A stretch of DNA of 53,465 bases, filler included, from Sphacelaria rigidula (lineage: Eukaryota), in assembly GCA_964200075.2 (NCBI GenBank). It is 5 parts of 5 records of this genome, joined end to end, with 100 filler letters (N's around TTAATTAATTAA, not from the genome) between each part and the next. Parts side by side here need not be neighbours in the genome. Positions count along the whole stretch, not along the records: positions 21,429 to 32,041 come from CAXNAA020006197.1; positions 32,142 to 42,753 come from CAXNAA020006198.1; 3 more parts are not named here. One strand, 5' to 3'. A model generated the notes under the pieces. That model saw only the letters and a list, made by a program, of their open reading frames with translations. It had not been told where the DNA came from and searched no databases. The stretch's first letter is position 1; every line of letters starts with the position of its first letter. This document shows, piece after piece, positions 25,262 through 39,237 of this stretch. Position numbers and translations under genes: made by a program.

Positions 25262-25572
25262 TAGTTTGTTTGTTTTTCCTCACACTTTGAACCCCTCCCC
25301 TTCCTCGGGATGAGTCCGTGGTCTCAAGGGACCAACCCATCTCTCCCCCGGTACGTGGCTTTCATTTTGGTCTCGCGAATTGGGTCAGCACTTCCGTACT
25401 GCGTCAACGCACGTCACGCAAACCCTGTCGACTACTTTGTTCAATCACTTTCTCACGCTTTCCACGGTGGAAATCATACATGAAGAAAAACCCAACGCAC
25501 TGGAATTCGAACCCCCGTTCTCTCCACTCTAATGGCGACAGTCGGACCATTACATCACCGGGGCGCGGCGGC
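25262..25572 (-). mobile_element. tRNA-derived SINE (family A), near full length
   Basis: The head matches 1-71 and has A/B boxes. It is followed by about 230 bp of body and an (AAAC)n-type tail on the minus strand. Confidence 0.7.
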
Positions 25573-27691
25573 AAAACTACAGCGTTGTGTGCTAAAAAGG
25601 CCAGGCAGCAAACTGAGGCCAGCAAGGCGCATTTTAGTCTGTGTAAGTGGGCAGAGGTACGATCAACTTCCCCCATTTTACGTCTACATGACTACTGAAT
25701 TCCGCTAAATGGTATCTTCCCCTCGGGTGCGAAGAGTACGTGTGTGGCGCCCTCATACCCTGAGAGCGGTCATATAAAGTCATATGTACAGCGAAGGTGA
25801 CTGCGTCCTACTCTCGCCGTCATTCGCCCTTCAGTAAACCACTCCATAAACGTGAAGAGGGGCGGGGTAGGTAGTTTCTTGTCAGGCAACAGCACGACAG
25901 TCCCCACCCGCAACGTGCAACGGCAGTCCCTGCGAGAAGCCGCCATGACGCGAGGTGATACCTATATACGCAAGACGTGCTGGATGAGCGAACGCGGGTG
26001 ACGTCAACGGATGCAGTCGAGAGACAGGCGTGGTTTTCGACAGGATAGGTCGCCACCTCTGTGCTGTGCAACATAGATATAGCTCACAGAGTACACTACG
26101 GTGAACAACAACACAGTGCAGTATACCGTTGGTATCCCAGACACCAGAGCGACGGCTGCGGCACAACTATTGACTACATTATAAGGAGGTGCGGAAGAAC
26201 CGGCTCGGATACGACTTCGGGCCGAGTGTATGTCAAATCTACCGCATGCGCTTGCGGTGCACTGCTGTTGCTCCAATTGCCGTTCAATTTCCAGTCAAAA
26301 TGCGCAACATGCCGGTAAATATGGGCATACCTAGAAAATCCAGGGACCATTGGAAGCACAGAGCATGCGATATCACCGGTATCAGCATTAGATCACCCGG
26401 GATGGCCCTCCACAGCAACTGCAACAAGATGAAATATCGTGTGTTGATCATCTGTTGTTGCAGTTGAAACTGTTCTTGAGCTGTTACAGAAACGTAATGT
26501 TTTGGGAAAGCGACGGACTGCATCGACAGAAGCACTACAAGACACTGATAAACTCTACAGGCGCACCTTAGCTCCAGAGTACTCTTGGCGTCTTCTCGGC
26601 TTCACTTCAGTCCTTCACTAATTCGCTGAAGCTGTAGTGTATACTGAGCAGTATCCGTCTTGTTTTGGTATGTACATCGTCACATTAATTCGTAGACCCG
26701 CGATCAAATATACACAGAAAACGAGCCAACACTGGCAGACGAATGGCGGTGGGAGTTGACTTGCACGAATCTTCCGTTATATAATTTTTATCTCCTTCAT
26801 CTCTCTCAAGATCACAACGTCAGCACATATAGTCATTTAACTATTAGCAAGCTTCGAGGATCGTTTTCCTCGTTCAATGTTTGGAGTATGGCACATGGGA
26901 CCACTTGATCGAGACTAAAATATGACCAAATCGACACATAGGTCAGTCTCGGAGGGCGAGCACGACGACACCATCATAGGCGAGCCTAGACAGGAATACG
27001 AGGTACGATTATCATGAGTAGCCACTGTGAGATGTCAATTCTTGATCAGGCTGATGCTGACTTAGCCTAATACTTCTTTCATGAGTCGAATAAATCGTTC
27101 AGGCAACTGTGGATTCAAACTTTGGTTTGTCAAACATGTGGTAGTTTCGCCGCATATTGGATTGGTCGGCGCGCCACCGACAGACAGACGACATACGGGA
27201 CAACCGTTATCCATGTGTACTATTGACAGCTTCGACGTCATACGATAAAGCTCCAAGCGACAGAGAAAGTGCATCGCATGAGTTGTCTATGAAAATCTTT
27301 CATGATTTGCAGTCATCCTGCCTACGACTCCGAAACCGCCGAGTTTTGAATTTCGGCAAGCTCTACGATTCGAAATGTACAGACAAGAAAGATCACGGGG
27401 TTGCATGCCCCCCTATCATCGCTGGAATGGCGCGGCTCGTGTTAGGCCATGTGCATCACGAGCTATTGTTGAATTGACGCTAGCTTAGTTGAAAATACCA
27501 GGCGATTCGCATGTCAAGTGAGCCACTTCATGACAGAGCCAGCTGTAGAGCACATTACTGCGGCATCATGTACGTTGTTTGAGGACAAGCGTCCTCGAAA
27601 GACATACACTTGACCATGGGTTGGAAGTCAACCGTTTCTCAGTCTTCTCGATTTTACGTTTCTCTTCAACACAGCACATATAGCGCATGCC

Positions 27692-28447
27692 ATGGGGAAA
27701 GACGACATTCGCAATTTTCTAGGCGGCGGCGGCGGCGGCGGCGGCGCGGGGGGCAAGGAAGCCAAGGCAACCGACGCTGGTGCATCACATACAGCGGCCG
27801 AGACTTCTAGCACCAGCGTTCTGGGCTCACTCCTGGACAAAGCGGCGACAACCAAACCCGCGGCAGGCGTTGACAACGGCTCCCTTTCCGCAATATCAGT
27901 TTTCAAGAGATCGAAGCGAGGAGGCGGTAGTGGGCGATCGGGCGGCAGCACTGGTGCAGGGATCGCTTTGAATGGTGATGCTGATGACGAATGCGACAAC
28001 AGTTCAGATTTTGAAATTTCTTTGGGGGGTGCCACAAGGAAGCGTCCCCGGCATGTCAGCAGCGCCGACAGTAGTGTGTCATCACATGCGGTATCCTCTG
28101 CATCCCGAACCACGTCACGTTTTCCAAATGTCAAAAACATGAGTAGCGGTCGCTGCGCTCAGAATAGCAGAGAGGATGCTTCTTCCAACAGCTATCGGCG
28201 TAACCGTTTTATCACCAGCTCGAATGACAGCGGCGACAGCGGCGCGGAAATTGATGTGCAGAGTACAAGTCTGCGAAGCAGTGCTGCTGGTAGTTCAGGA
28301 ATTAGCGCGTCTAAAATGGGACCTTGGGCAAAGAAGCCAAAGTTGACGGCTGTGTGCGAGGAGGAGGGATACGACCCGTTGGCCTTGCTGGATGATGCTA
28401 ATGAGGATATATTCGGCAATATGTCGTTCCGGGGAGTACAAAAAAAG
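27692..28447 (+). CDS. First coding exon of probable RecQ-family DNA helicase
   Basis: ATG-initiated 252-codon exon with a G/S-rich disordered N-terminus. It ends in LLDDANEDIFGNMSFRGVQKK, which resembles RecQ motif 0 (FG..SFR..Q), followed by a phase-0 AG|GTGAGG donor. Downstream exons were not found on this contig. Confidence 0.65.
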
Positions 28448-31400
28448 GTGAGGAGAGATAACTCTTGAGTGTGGCCGCGTGCGGTGAGTATACTTTGGTT
28501 GGGTCAACTCGGGGAGGAAGCGGCGGGGGGGGGGATGAGGTGTCCTGGGGACAACTACTCACGATGGTGGCAACATGTGCTCAACTGGTGACGCGTGGAA
28601 CTGCGAGTGTTGAGAGCCAGTTAGTCATGGCGTGGTTTACATTAGCTCAAAACTCTTACACAAATGTTGCCTAAACCGTGCGTAAGCCCGGGTCATTCGG
28701 TGAAGCACAATACGTACAGTAATTTCACCGGAGATCTGATCAGGAGCTTTCCAATGCAAACACCCCTGTTATTGTAAGAGTGAGTGAAGGACTGTAAGAT
28801 ACGCGAAAACATGCCTTGGGGCAATGAAAAAAAATAGGTTTTGCGCACTTTCCTTGACACCAAGAAGGACTCCGTACATATTTCGGGTATCAGCTGGAAG
28901 CCCTTGTGTAAAGCTTCCGAGCAATACCTGGCTCGTACTGTGAATCACCGCCCCACACGCTTTACAAAAGCAGAGAACATGCAGTGTTAGTTCCACTTGG
29001 TCATCATGAAATTTCGGTTTATTTTGCGTACAAGCGTATTTTCTGCTGTGGAGCCGGTATGCCCTGTGCTGCAACCTCCAAAGAACGATGGAAATACAAA
29101 GAGAATATGCTACAAGAAACCACAATTCAACAAAGTCATTTTCTTCCCGGGGAAATCCGAAGAGTCACATTTCGACGCGTTTGCGCCAGAGGACACGCAT
29201 GATACCTTTGGCAAGATCTACGGCTGTGGAGATTATTTCAAAAAAAGAAAATGTTGATGTATACGTAACACGTTCACAGAGTCTGTAGAACTGCCGTATC
29301 GCTTGTAGCTATCGACAGGACAGACACTTTGTGGGGAGCATCCAACGGGCAAAGTGTCGAGACCGAATAACGACTCTCTTTTAGGACGTTTTGCCCGACA
29401 ATCAGGGCCGTGTCAGATGAGAAAAACGTTACTTTCACGAGTCCTCAAGCGGTTAGTATTGTTCAGTGCCTGTAAGAGAACACTATATCGCACCCCGGCG
29501 ATGCTCATGTCCCCTCGTTCTTCGCTGAATGGAAGATGGAACTACATCTCGGGCTCCTGATCAAGAATATATCCCGGGAGTGCTATTTCCCGTATACACC
29601 TTGGTTTTTATTTGGGTCCGTGTATCGGACATACTCTGAAGTCGGTCCAAAACCAGCTCCATATCTTCAACTACCAACGGCGATATATCTGCGGCAATCG
29701 TGTTACACTCGAGGCGGCAAGTCCAATTCGTCACTTCAGTATGGACAACGTGCAATGGTGTGGTACATACGACTTTTATCTGAAGGACGCCTTGTCGCTC
29801 GTTTGGTCTCACGTGAGACAAGATAATCACGATCGATTTGGGTTGCGGTGAGAGCTTGGTCTCCATAACATCGGTTGTATCTAATACCAAATGATGACCA
29901 ATTTTCTGCACACGTGGCAACATTATTAGTCTGTATAACAGTTCAGTACTGTACTGTTGTACACACCGTAGGTCGGAGCCAACTCGAGAGCTCACGTTGC
30001 AAACGTGCTGGCGTGGATGTACAAGAGTTGTATCAACGAGCGTCAACGAAGCACCCCATACGCACACGCACGCCTGAATACGCATACCTACAGGTCTCTG
30101 CAGTGCAGTGTCTCTAGCACCGACTCGTATTTGAAAGGCTATGATACGCCTCGAGCTTCGTGCTGCTCCAGCTGTGCAAGCGGAAACGAGTCCGAAGCAG
30201 TGGCCAACAAGCAAACAAGAGCCTGATGCACATCTTACTTGTATAATGTTTTTTGCACTTTGTTGCTCATTCACGTGTCAATTCTCTGTCAGTCATCTGC
30301 GTCCCGTAGTATGTGCCAGGGTTGTCTTGGTGCGTCGTAGCAATGCCGATCTTGCTGTCGGCAACCACATTTATGTTGGGATGCTGCCAAATCCTCAACC
30401 AAATTTAGCACAGACAGTACTATCTATGAGTGCTATACTCTGTGGAAACCGAGGATTTTTCTCCATAAGAGATGCCCCGCTCAAGGCATATTTTTTTCTC
30501 GCCTAGAGGCTGGGCGTTCTACGCCCATGATTGGTGGCATCCTGTGCGCGCGTGTCAGCCGACAGTGCATACGCCTCATCGACGCAATCTTCTGCAGGGG
30601 GGGGCTGTGATATGTGCCCAACGACCCACGTCGAGGCAGAAGTGTAATCGCGATCACAGGCTACATACAGAACTTCCCTTGGGAAAAATGATTGTGACGT
30701 TGTCCTATCGACTGGATTTTTCTTCATTTCTTCTAGTGTTTTTCTTCATAGTATGGGTCGCAACACAAACGTACAATGCTCTCAACACTTATGCCGGGAG
30801 GTGGAATCGCTACCAGGCGCACATGGGAAGCTTATGCTAAGATCTACGAGCGAATTACCGGGCTGATCCCAACCTACTTCCCTCCAGCGCTGCAGACGGG
30901 GCGCGCGGTGCATGGGGCTTGAAATCCACTGAGACTTCTCTGACCCGCGGCAAAACTGAGGAGAAAAAGTCCCTCAGTTTCCGAAAAGTCTACTGTACAT
31001 TCAAACTGAGGCAGCATAAAGGATATGCTCTTTCGTTTTTTTTCTTCTTTTGCTTTTCTTGGGTACGTCTATAATGCGGCCACGGCTGGACCCATGGGTG
31101 GTCACCTAACCCTTTCGGGACCGACCCCCCACTAACACAGGGTCAACCCTGTGTTAGCGAAATAATTAAAAATCAGTCTTGTAGCGATCTGCCCAATCAC
31201 GGCGAGGCGAGATTTATCGACCAGACCCGAACGACCAGCGCGGGGATTGTTGGGGAGTGTGATGCCACTGCAAACATCGTGTGGGCACCCTATCCCTGGC
31301 CCAAATAAGCCTTCCCCGGTTTCTAAGTGCAGGGCGGTCGGAACTTGGTTATGTGATATTACTTGCACTCAGTACAGCTTTCCCGAGTTTCCTGGTGTTT

Positions 31401-32041
31401 TTTTTTGGGTCACAATTTTATACTAAAACGCAGTAATTACACTGACACAGGATGGACCGGAAAAACCGGGAAGGAGTGTACATGCTACCATGTGGTCATT
31501 TTCACCAGGCACTAAACCCAGGTGGGCCGTGGAAAGACAAGGAGCTACCGTCATGAATTCTGCTTATCCCTCTACCGATGATTTGCAGTGTGCAGTTAAT
31601 ATGTATGTAGTGGCTGGGGATGAAGAAGCGGTATGTAGGCAGTTGATCTCGGTAGCTGAGAATTGCCCAGAACATGCAAGGGAGTATGCAGCGGCAGCTG
31701 CTGCTGCAGTTGGAGAGGCGTACTACACTGTACTGTACTGTACTATACTGTTGCATGCATGCGTGCCGCGACACTGATACCGTTCGAAGAGAATTTGCCG
31801 CATGCTACAAGGGGGGAAGTGGCGGCCCACCCCGACCACAAAGGGTTGTGTGGCAAGGTGATGGGGACAAAAGTATTATCCAAAGCCACAAGTAGTGGGC
31901 GGCCCGCCGGTTGCCGCATCCTGTTGGAAGCTCTCTACCGCGACCCATACTGCTTGCTACATCAGATGTACACCACCTAATGCGCGCCCTGAACCTGAAA
32001 ATATACTAGATGAAACTTTCGGTCTCCGTCATGACCCTGCG

Positions 32042-32141
32042 NNNNNNNNNNNNNNNNNNNNNNNNNNNNNNNNNNNNNNNNNNNNTTAATTAATTAANNN
32101 NNNNNNNNNNNNNNNNNNNNNNNNNNNNNNNNNNNNNNNNN
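32042..32141. other. Artificial contig-joining spacer
   Basis: Same linker. Confidence 0.98.
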
Positions 32142-34013
32142 CAGGCACACAAGTGTGTTCATACTCCACCTGTAGGAGCTGGATCGCATAGAAACTGATC
32201 TGTCCGACGTGTGATATAATAGTACTAACCACGTGATTTCGAGGGTCAGTGACTACATCGGCGATGGCGGCCGTTGATTCGGCACAAACACGACGGCGTG
32301 ACACCACCTGGCACCTCACACCTGGCACCTCACACCTGACACCTGACACCTCACAGGATACGAGTAGCTGGTTACATGTTATGCAAGCGAAGAGCGGGGG
32401 ACCAAAAGGGCCAAGACGGCATCGCTGGAGAAACGTACAGTGTAAAAGTGTAAAAGTTGGAGGGTAGAGGGTAGAGGGTAGAGGGTACATCCGTGGATCC
32501 GAGGCTCGGATGTATTTGAGCATGGTGCAGCCCGGGGTCAACGACACGAGGTTTACACTACATGCGGCAAGTATAATAGCAATGCCTACAAATGAATTGG
32601 TGAAAAGTACTTGTCATTGGAATTCATCATGCCGAGACAACGAGACAACGAGACAGCGTTTAGAGTGTTGAGCGCATCACGTCCAGCGGCCCTTGAAAAA
32701 ACTGGCTTTTCCGAAACCGTGAATGCGCCACCCATGAAATATCATATGAAATATCATGTCACGCCTTGCCCTAAATGTTTTGCCCTCCGACGGCCCCAAC
32801 AAGGCCAGCAACAGCGAGGGGTTCGGTGCTGCCGGCGGTGGCGACCGAACGGCTTACTGACCACTTTGGAGGCTACTTTCGCTTGGGTTCGAGCCCTCTC
32901 AGAGAGTAGGGTAGAGAGTAGAGCGAGGCATCCCGAGGTGGAGTTATTCGCCTGCCCGTGTATTACTTAAAGGCGAAGAACGCTCAGGAGAACAAAAGAA
33001 GTGCGCGTTTGGCCAACACCATCGAAGGTTAACAGTAACTCAAAATCAAAGAGCGATACCGTCAACAAGCAACCGGGAGATACGGTCAGGAGCCCGGAAA
33101 TGATGCGAGTGTCCCCCGTTTCCCCATACACTATGAGATGCCCCCATTAGGGAGGAGGGAGGAAGGGGGGCATCTATGGACTTGCCTTTTTCAAAACTCA
33201 TCGGATGCACAACAGTACGAGTACTTGGCCCCTTAAGCTGCAGGGTGTATTATGTGGGGGGGGGTTGACATTATTTTTTCTTTCAACAAACACGATGTTA
33301 ATTTAACGATCGATGCCTCGCCCTAACCCCCGTGGTGAAACCGTCAAAAGTTTTGATGGAGGACACCACGCTACGAACGGCGTACGTCGTGTTTCAACAA
33401 GTATAATAACAGTAGCACTAGTCAATAGTCAATAGTCAAAAAGATTTTCAAGCCCGAGAGGATGAGGAATACTTTCCGGTCTCGTTTCCTGGGCGCCTCT
33501 GTCAATTCTTGAGAATGTTCAACGTTGCATTACCATTGCACGGGCGGGTACTTTCCAAACTGCTCCCCAGAAGACTATTGGATCGGACGGGACGGAGCAG
33601 GACAGGACCAGAACTCAATTTTTGAAAAAATACAACGAGACAAGAAAAATCTGCTTTCCCCGCGGAATATGCCGTGCCGAGCGATTTTGGTGCCGTGAAA
33701 GCCTTCAATTTGCTTCACCGAAACAAGCATCGAATGTCAACATATCTCAACAGGAGGTTTCTACAAGAGGTTTGTATTGTTATGGAGTGACCATGGCGCA
33801 AACAAGCCAGCAAGTTAGCAAGTTCTTGAACGCTCCAATCACTTTTCGACTTTCAGTTCATTGACAGCGATAGCTTCCTTCAGCACACATGAGAAACATA
33901 CCGACTTCAAGGATGGAGCACAATTTGCTGTTATTGCTACAATACAATAAACGAGGACACAGTGGTAACAATACGGTAACGGTAACGGCAAGTGGTCATT
34001 GACTTGCTGCTCT

Positions 34014-34016
<3 letters not shown>

Positions 34017-34050
<34 letters not shown>

Positions 34051-34080
34051 GATGATGATGATGACGATGATGCTGCTGCT
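34017..34080. repeat. Compound (GTT)n(GAT)n(GCT)n microsatellite
   Basis: Directly visible. Confidence 0.95.
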
Positions 34081-35265
34081 GTCAACTACCTCATTTTTTC
34101 GTGTGCCGTGTTTCCACGTTGTTCACACAAGGGGCAGAGCACATACGATAAGGTAAGACTTGACTATCGATGACACTTTACCAACACTTCACGCCACCAA
34201 CACAACGAGGCCCGGCGAGCGATAACATGGCACGATAACACGATAACAACACTACACTAACTACACACGATTGTAGTTATTGTGCCCCCCGCACCCTAGC
34301 CTCGAGCTTATAAATCAGTAGCGTGTGTTGTAAATATTACCTGGGAGCAGCATGCAGCAGCATACCGTGTAGTTACTCCAACCTTGCGGTGCACACCGTG
34401 CATGTAGCCAGTCAAGTCATCTGTGGCAAGTGCTGGCAATGATAACTGTAAGATACATTTGCCTTGCTGTACTCGTATGCCTTACATGTGCAACCACATT
34501 GATGACGGGTTTTGCATATTAACAGTGTACATAGGGACATTACCGCAATACTGGGGCATTACGATTTCTTGCGCCTCAACTCGCTCTTTCGAGGTGGGTG
34601 TGCGCAGGCCTCGATCGCTACCCTTGCCTCGCAGATGTCCATCGTGCTACCGTGAGCTGTACTCGTATTCGCATAACAGTACTGGCGATGGGAAGTGGAA
34701 GATAGCGTTTTGGCAAGCAACAATTGACTTCTTGGCTGGGGCCCTCAGACCAAAACAAGATCATAAGCGCTTCCCGAATACAAGGGAGATATTAAGCCAC
34801 GTTTTCCTCATACACATACGCACATGAGCTCGAAAATATATCCTCTCTCCCCTGTTTATTGCCGACTTTTGGAGAAAAACATGTCTCTCGTCTCTCGTTA
34901 CTCGGTATAATGCTCCACTATCCCATAAATCTACTATCCATCCTACCATGGTCTTGACCATTACCATTATTCTCTTTTTGCTGTTTGTTCAACGGCTGTA
35001 AATAGCATTGAAGAGTGCCCGCCATGCCATGCCAGCAGCCTCGCGTGATAGTCGCCAAGGGGAAACAAACATTTTATGCCATGCACAGGTACAGACACCA
35101 GTCATACAACACAACATAGCACAACAATATGGCCCACGGCTAACGGCGGACTGAAGAGGGTATGGATATGATCTTACCGCAACACTACAGCATTCAATAT
35201 ACAGTAGCATTCAACACGGCAGGTGGTTTGGTACAGCACGGAGTCTACAACACTCAGCAACTCAC

Positions 35266-35532
35266 CAGCCATGTCACCTTCCACGTGCGTTGATTTCTGT
35301 GCAGAAGTCAAGCGTTTCGCCAACCTCGGTGCCAAGCCCGCCACTGCGTCGGCGCCATCGACTTCATCGGCTGCTGTTCTCTCATATTCACCCCCAACCG
35401 GAGCCCCGCCCTCCTGTGTGCCTATTTGCCTCTCTGATGTACAAGCACTGCTCCTGCGAACAGGTGGATCTGGCCACGCGTCGTTGGCAATGGCAAACCA
35501 CACACCAGCAGCCTTAGAGCATCCACGCACAT
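35266..35532 (-). CDS. Exon F of uncharacterised large low-complexity protein
   Basis: AAG|AT acceptor and G|GTGAGT donor, phase 1/1. Encodes DVRGCSKAAGVWFAIANDAWPD...GDMA. Confidence 0.55.
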
Positions 35533-35826
35533 CTTTTCCAGGCAAAATACAAACACAGGCACTATTGTTGCAGTAGGCGAGGCCCAAGGGCTCAACCACC
35601 GAAGCGAGGCCGGGCCAAGCTGTTCTGCGCTTCAACAATAGTGGCGCTTCAACACCAAGCTGCAAAACAAAAACGAGTAACACTGACGTCTGCACATACT
35701 TGACTATTATGTCGCCGACGGTCATTGATTGTGGCACCAACAAAAAAAGACGGCGTACTTCGCGCTTAGCACACCAAGACGAAGTCCACGCAAGAGGGAG
35801 TCGCAAGAGGGGGTCGCGATCCTCAC

Positions 35827-36985
35827 CTGGGATTTCTCCTGACTTGGCTTGATTTGGTGACAGCACTTCACCGTCACCGTCACCGTCACCGTCACCGTCA
35901 GCCTCACCATCAGCCTCAGCCTCACCCTCCCAAGTGCCGTCGATCTTGGCAAGCACGCTTCTAGCTCTATCATAGATCGGTGAACTGCAACGAAGTCCCA
36001 CGGGCATCGCACCCGCTGCGTTGCTACCCGCGCTTTGGACAGCAGGATCACCAGTTACCATATTTATGTGTAACCCTTCTGTTCCCGCTTTCGGCGAAGC
36101 GGCGTCGGCAACACCGTCAGATCTCCTTGTTTCTCCTCGTTCCGCCTTAGCTCGACGCTCCTCTCCTGTGCCAGTGTTGGCGCTTGCGCGATCAGTACCA
36201 GCTGCAAAACTAACCCGCGGCGACGCCCTCCTCGACCAATCCCCGCCGTCACCATGACCCTGACCCTGGTCCTCCCATGCGTTTAGGCACACCGTCAGCT
36301 TTCCCAGCACCTCCATTCGTGGTGATCCTTGCTGTTGATGCTCGACATTCACATTCACACTGCCGTGCGACATGTCATGGGGCTGAGATGTTCCTCCACC
36401 AGGAGGTTGGCCACCTTCACCTTGGAGTTCTTCATGTTGCTTCTGATCTTGGTGTTTTTCGGAGTATCCTAGTTCATGGTCAAACGGCATATCTTCGCGG
36501 GGGGGCGATGCTGGGGCCCACCCTCCTCCCCCTGGTAGTTGGTGTGATTGATTCAACTCTATACTAGCCCGGGGGGAAGTTCTGCGCCTTACCCCGGTCG
36601 CGCCAGACATTCTCGTTGCCGCCAGCCACACATTGGTTGGGGACGGAGGAGCTTGGTACAGAGTGGTATGGTCAACGGCTTGCTCGGCGTCGTCCTTCCA
36701 AAAGGAGGGGCTTTGGCTTTGGGTGGCATTTGCGACACACGTGGGGGTGATGTCGGTCATGCCAGTGTCCGCCGTGGCAGACGGCAGTTGGATCCCGCGA
36801 ACCATTAGACCATGTTGATCAGCTTGGTTATAGAGATCATCACCGTCTGGGGAAGGATGAGCCAGAGGTACCATAGGCGATGCCGAACCTCCTGCTGATT
36901 GGCCACTGGTGAACTCTCCGCCTGCTCTAGGCGTAGTAAGGGTTTCCCGAGCGCCACCAGCGGTAGGATTGGTGTCGCGTGGAAC
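35827..36985 (-). CDS. Exon E of same gene
   Basis: TTCCCTCAG|GTT acceptor (phase 0), CCAG|GTGAGG donor (phase 1), 1159 nt open. Confidence 0.7.
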
Positions 36986-37453
36986 CTGAGGGAACGAGGC
37001 ACCGACACGAATTGCTCACCCGTCTTTTACTCAAAGCAAAGTTGAAAAACTCTTGGATTGGCTTGTGGCACGAAATCAAATTGTAACGTCCTCGGTGCGT
37101 CAGCCCCAACTTCACTCGAACACCATGGCGCCACCATGTCGAGTACTCTATATCTATATACTACACTTAGATCCCAAGTCAGGTAGGTACGACAAAAAAG
37201 ACAACCGTGGACGAAAACAACGGCTGATGGACCAAGCATGCGGAGCGTACACCGCGCTTACTAATACAGCATGACTGTGTTCATTAGGCCTTAGAGAAGA
37301 GCACGCCAAGACAGAAGCTTGCCGCTGGTGCCCCTAAATTATGCGTTGCGCTGGTGTGCACGTACATCTCCGTCCCAACAAAACCGACCTACAAGACAAC
37401 AACGATATTTCCCGTACCGGGCTGATCCAATTCGACCTGCGAGGCACCGTTAC

Positions 37454-38296
37454 CTGTGGAGGACTTGTGCCCATACGCGAATCTCTCATCCTAGCCCCTA
37501 CGCGATCGCCCTCGCCCACGAACTCCGATTGCATGGCCTGCGCCGCGCCACTGCTTGCATCGTGGGTCGGGAGCACGACAGAATAATTGGATGCCACGGC
37601 TGCCTGACGTATCTGTGACGATTGTTCCGGGGAGGATTGAACTCGTGGAAGGCGCCTTTGTCCTTCGTCTCGCTTGAGGGGCTGCGGGGGCGGTTTTGGA
37701 GAAGCCACTGGCTCTTTGGGGAGTACTGAGCTTGGAAACACTGGTACTGGTGGAAGGACCCTCGTAGGCGACCTCACTTCCAAAAGTGGCGACTGGGGAC
37801 GACTGCGGCGTCGACTGACTTCTCTCGCTCCGTCATTTGCATCACCCGAAGGTGAAGGTAAGGGTAAAGGTAAAGGTAACCCTGACACATGTATATCACC
37901 GACTGCGCTGCCACTCCTGCTGCTGGTCCTGCGATGAGTTGCGTGCGAGCGAGACCCGTGCCGATTCAAGGGCACGTATTTGGGTATCGCTTGCTCCTCG
38001 CCCCTGGGGACAGAGGGTCCGTCACCAACAACACTACCCACGGCTGCAAAGGCCGCCACTCTATTGCCCGGCACGCCCTCGCGCCCTCCTGTTCCTTGCA
38101 CTTGGCCTTCCAACGTATTGGCGAGATGGTCCTCGTTGTCGTGAGCTCGTGGGAACGCGAAATTTCCACGCGCGCTGCTGGGTGCACATGCCGTGCGTTC
38201 GGTAGTGTCTGTAGCACCCACTCTCGCCGTGTCTTTTTCCCTTCGGGTGATGCTGTTAGAATCGAAACTTTTCCCGCGCCTTTCCAACGGAGGAAT
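37454..38296 (-). CDS. Exon D of same gene
   Basis: CAG|ATT acceptor, CAG|GTAACG donor, 843 nt, phase 0/0, P/S/R-rich. Confidence 0.7.
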
Positions 38297-39167
38297 CTGC
38301 CACATGTCCGCGGGGGGGGGGGGCGGGGCGGGTGTGCGGGCGGGGCAGCGGGGCACGATCAAGGCATGGACGATGTTAAAGTTAATGGAGTCTACTTACC
38401 CGAACGCGACAAATTCACGCTCGAAACCCTAAAACATGGGCAGCGAGAGAAAATGCGCATTACTAGTACATCGAGGGGCATCGAGTTTTACTTAGCGAGT
38501 GTTTTTGTCTGATTTTGTTTTGTTCACCGTGTTCACCGTGTTCATTCCGGGTACAGGTACAGGTACAGGTACAGGTACGTCCATCTTGTCTTGTCGTACC
38601 ACGGCTGGATCGTTCACTGTTCAATGTTCAATGTTCACGGTGCTCAGCGGGATTCATAAAAATGCGCAACAGTTAACTCATCAAATTCATCAAACGACCA
38701 TGGACAGATCGGCTGGTCTACGCAGTAGGGACCACGGTTCAAGAGACATCAAAATGGCTTGGCGCGCGCACTCTCTCAAACTGACTCCCGTTACTCTTGA
38801 ACCGTACCTACCCGTCATTCCCCCGCTCTTCTAGCCCGCTGTTACCAACCAGCGTAGCAATCTGTCGTCGTACTGTACAGTAGTACAGTAGCTGACAAAC
38901 AGCTCGCAGCTTCACTGGCTGCAGCACGATGCCTTGCGCAGCCGAGCGGTGCAACATGGGCGACGTGTTATACTATCTTCGCAAGGCCAAGTTGGCCTGG
39001 ATGAACAAGTTTGGGTCAAGGAAAGCGAAACAAACTTGCATGGCAGACTTCGTGTGAAGTTGCAGGAGCTGCCGACAAGCGTCATGTCGAAAATTCAAGA
39101 AGGCGCCACGACACAAGCGTACCTTCCAGATTTCTTGATTTCACCCAGCCTAAAACCCATATATAAA

Positions 39168-39237
39168 TATCGTTTCAAGAGAGGTATTCTGGTAAACCGA
39201 GCCCTCGGTTCACCAGAAAACCCTTCTTGAAACGATA
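39168..39237. repeat. Imperfect intronic hairpin (about 34-bp arms)
   Basis: TATCGTTTCAAGAGAGGTATTCTGGTAAACCGAG pairs with CTCGGTTCACCAGAAAACCCTTCTTGAAACGATA. Confidence 0.8.

Noticed and set aside
29561..30274. 237-aa minus-strand ORF
   Set aside because: No protein-like features. The opposite strand has better exon signals.
30788..30840. LMPGGG...YQ/SLC resembling the RecQ Walker A exon
   Set aside because: It lacks T and K, needs several indels and has no suitable splice sites. Likely chance.
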